From a virus (taxonomy: Duplodnaviria; Caudoviricetes): a DNA stretch of 57,614 nt. The stretch is from IMG/VR virus record IMGVR_UViG_3300027833_000060, positions 1-57,614 of that record; one strand, given 5' to 3'. The position numbers were made by a program, and so were the translations under genes. Numbering within the stretch: position 1 is the stretch's first letter; each line of letters opens with the position of its first letter. The notes under the pieces were generated by a model. The model saw only the letters and a list, made by a program, of their open reading frames with translations, was not told where the DNA came from and ran no database searches. This document shows, one piece after another, positions 56,807 to 57,614 of the stretch.

Positions 56807-57141
56807 TGGCTCAGGTATTTAAGTATGTGCAAGGCGATACAGGGCCACAAATTCGTGTAACGCTAACAAACGAAGACGATAACGCACCGGTTGATCTAAC
56901 CAGTGCAACAGTGACGCTGCACTTCCGCGAGGCGGGAGCAGAAAGCGTTCTATTTTCTCGAGCATTTTTTATTAACCCCGATACAGCGTCTAACGGTGTC
57001 GCGGTTCTTCAGTGGGCAACAGACGACCTCGAAGTCGACGCTGGAACCTACGAAGGTGAAATTGAAGTTGTTCGGAGTAGCGGTGTTCGTGAAACCCTCT
57101 TCGACAAACTGAAGTTTAAAATCCGGGAGGACTTCGCGTGA
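56806..57141 (+). CDS. BppU-N-like Ig-fold virion protein
   Basis: VQGDT..PVDLTSATV..GTYEGEIEV. Confidence 0.65.
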   Translation: MAQVFKYVQGDTGPQIRVTLTNEDDNAPVDLTSATVTLHFREAGAESVLFSRAFFINPDTASNGVAVLQWATDDLEVDAGTYEGEIEVVRSSGVRETLFDKLKFKIREDFA

Positions 57142-57614
57142 AGTTAAAGTCTGTCGAGCTTGTTAATGCGTTGTCTGCTAAGTTTGAGCAGCTAAACGTA
57201 CTTACGCAAACTTCGGTAAACATTAACCAGAACGTGGTTAAAGCAGAGCAGGGCAACTTTGTTCTGTTCGCTTCATTCCTAGACGTATTCCATATTTCAG
57301 ATGGTAGTCGACCGTCTGACCAGATTATTTTTGACTTCTTTAAACCGCTTGTCGACGACGCTGCCATAGCAGATGTTGCGACCAAAGGGGTAATTAAAGC
57401 GTTTAACGACGCTGGTTACGTCACAGATAGCGAGCGGGTCCAGTTTGCCAAAAACACTTTCGAGACGATCACGACCAGCGACCCGTACTATTTTGAGTTC
57501 GCTAAGGCTCTGAACGACAGTGTTTCGGGTATCGGTGACCAAGCGTTGTTGTTCGCTAAGAAAGTTCAAGGTGATGCCATTGGTGCATCCGAGACTCTTT
57601 CTCTAAATTCTGTG
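57138..57614 (+). CDS. Virion structural protein, open at the window end
   Basis: GTGA overlap, SD GGAGG; 159 open codons with repeated F.K...D motifs. Confidence 0.7.
   Translation, partial: MKLKSVELVNALSAKFEQLNVLTQTSVNINQNVVKAEQGNFVLFASFLDVFHISDGSRPSDQIIFDFFKPLVDDAAIADVATKGVIKAFNDAGYVTDSERVQFAKNTFETITTSDPYYFEFAKALNDSVSGIGDQALLFAKKVQGDAIGASETLSLNSV

Noticed and set aside
289-57569. Numerous antisense and alternate-frame ORFs in the track (e.g. 28793..29332, 35400..35837, 47115..47528, 48338..48601)
   Set aside because: They shadow well-supported genes or repeat regions, and lack an SD and protein-like composition
1-57614. Stop-codon reassignment
   Set aside because: Genes are full-length and densely packed under the standard code, and TAA, TGA and TAG all terminate genes

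Overview
The window is an essentially complete, circularly permuted genome (~57.6 kb) of a temperate podovirus-like dsDNA phage. A marine alphaproteobacterial host is likely, inferred from protein family resemblances and not verified. The plus-strand arm (48879..57614, continuing at 1..27992) carries terminase, portal, scaffold, major capsid, head-tail and tail proteins, lysis genes (holin-like proteins, GH19 endolysin) and internal virion proteins, including a 2322-aa polyvalent protein. A well-formed attP (28071..28300) precedes a tyrosine integrase. The minus-strand arm (48232..29527) carries early genes (AAA ATPase, metallopeptidase-VWA, pyrimidine-dimer glycosylase) and replication genes (PolA, Cas4-like exonuclease, VRR-NUC, HNH, SNF2 helicase, AlpA-like HTH, primase-helicase). 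The most notable observations are: (1) a six-gene module of exported proteins resembling a chaperone-usher pilin plus chaperone without an usher (4453..7669); (2) a ~120-nt double-pseudoknot candidate RNA (41229..41348); (3) a genome-wide palindromic operator GTTnAC-N2-GTnAAC despite no recognisable CI repressor; (4) two tandem tRNA-Ser-like att cores; (5) an iteron-like origin at 47430..47722. All family calls come from motif recognition by eye; no database search was run.
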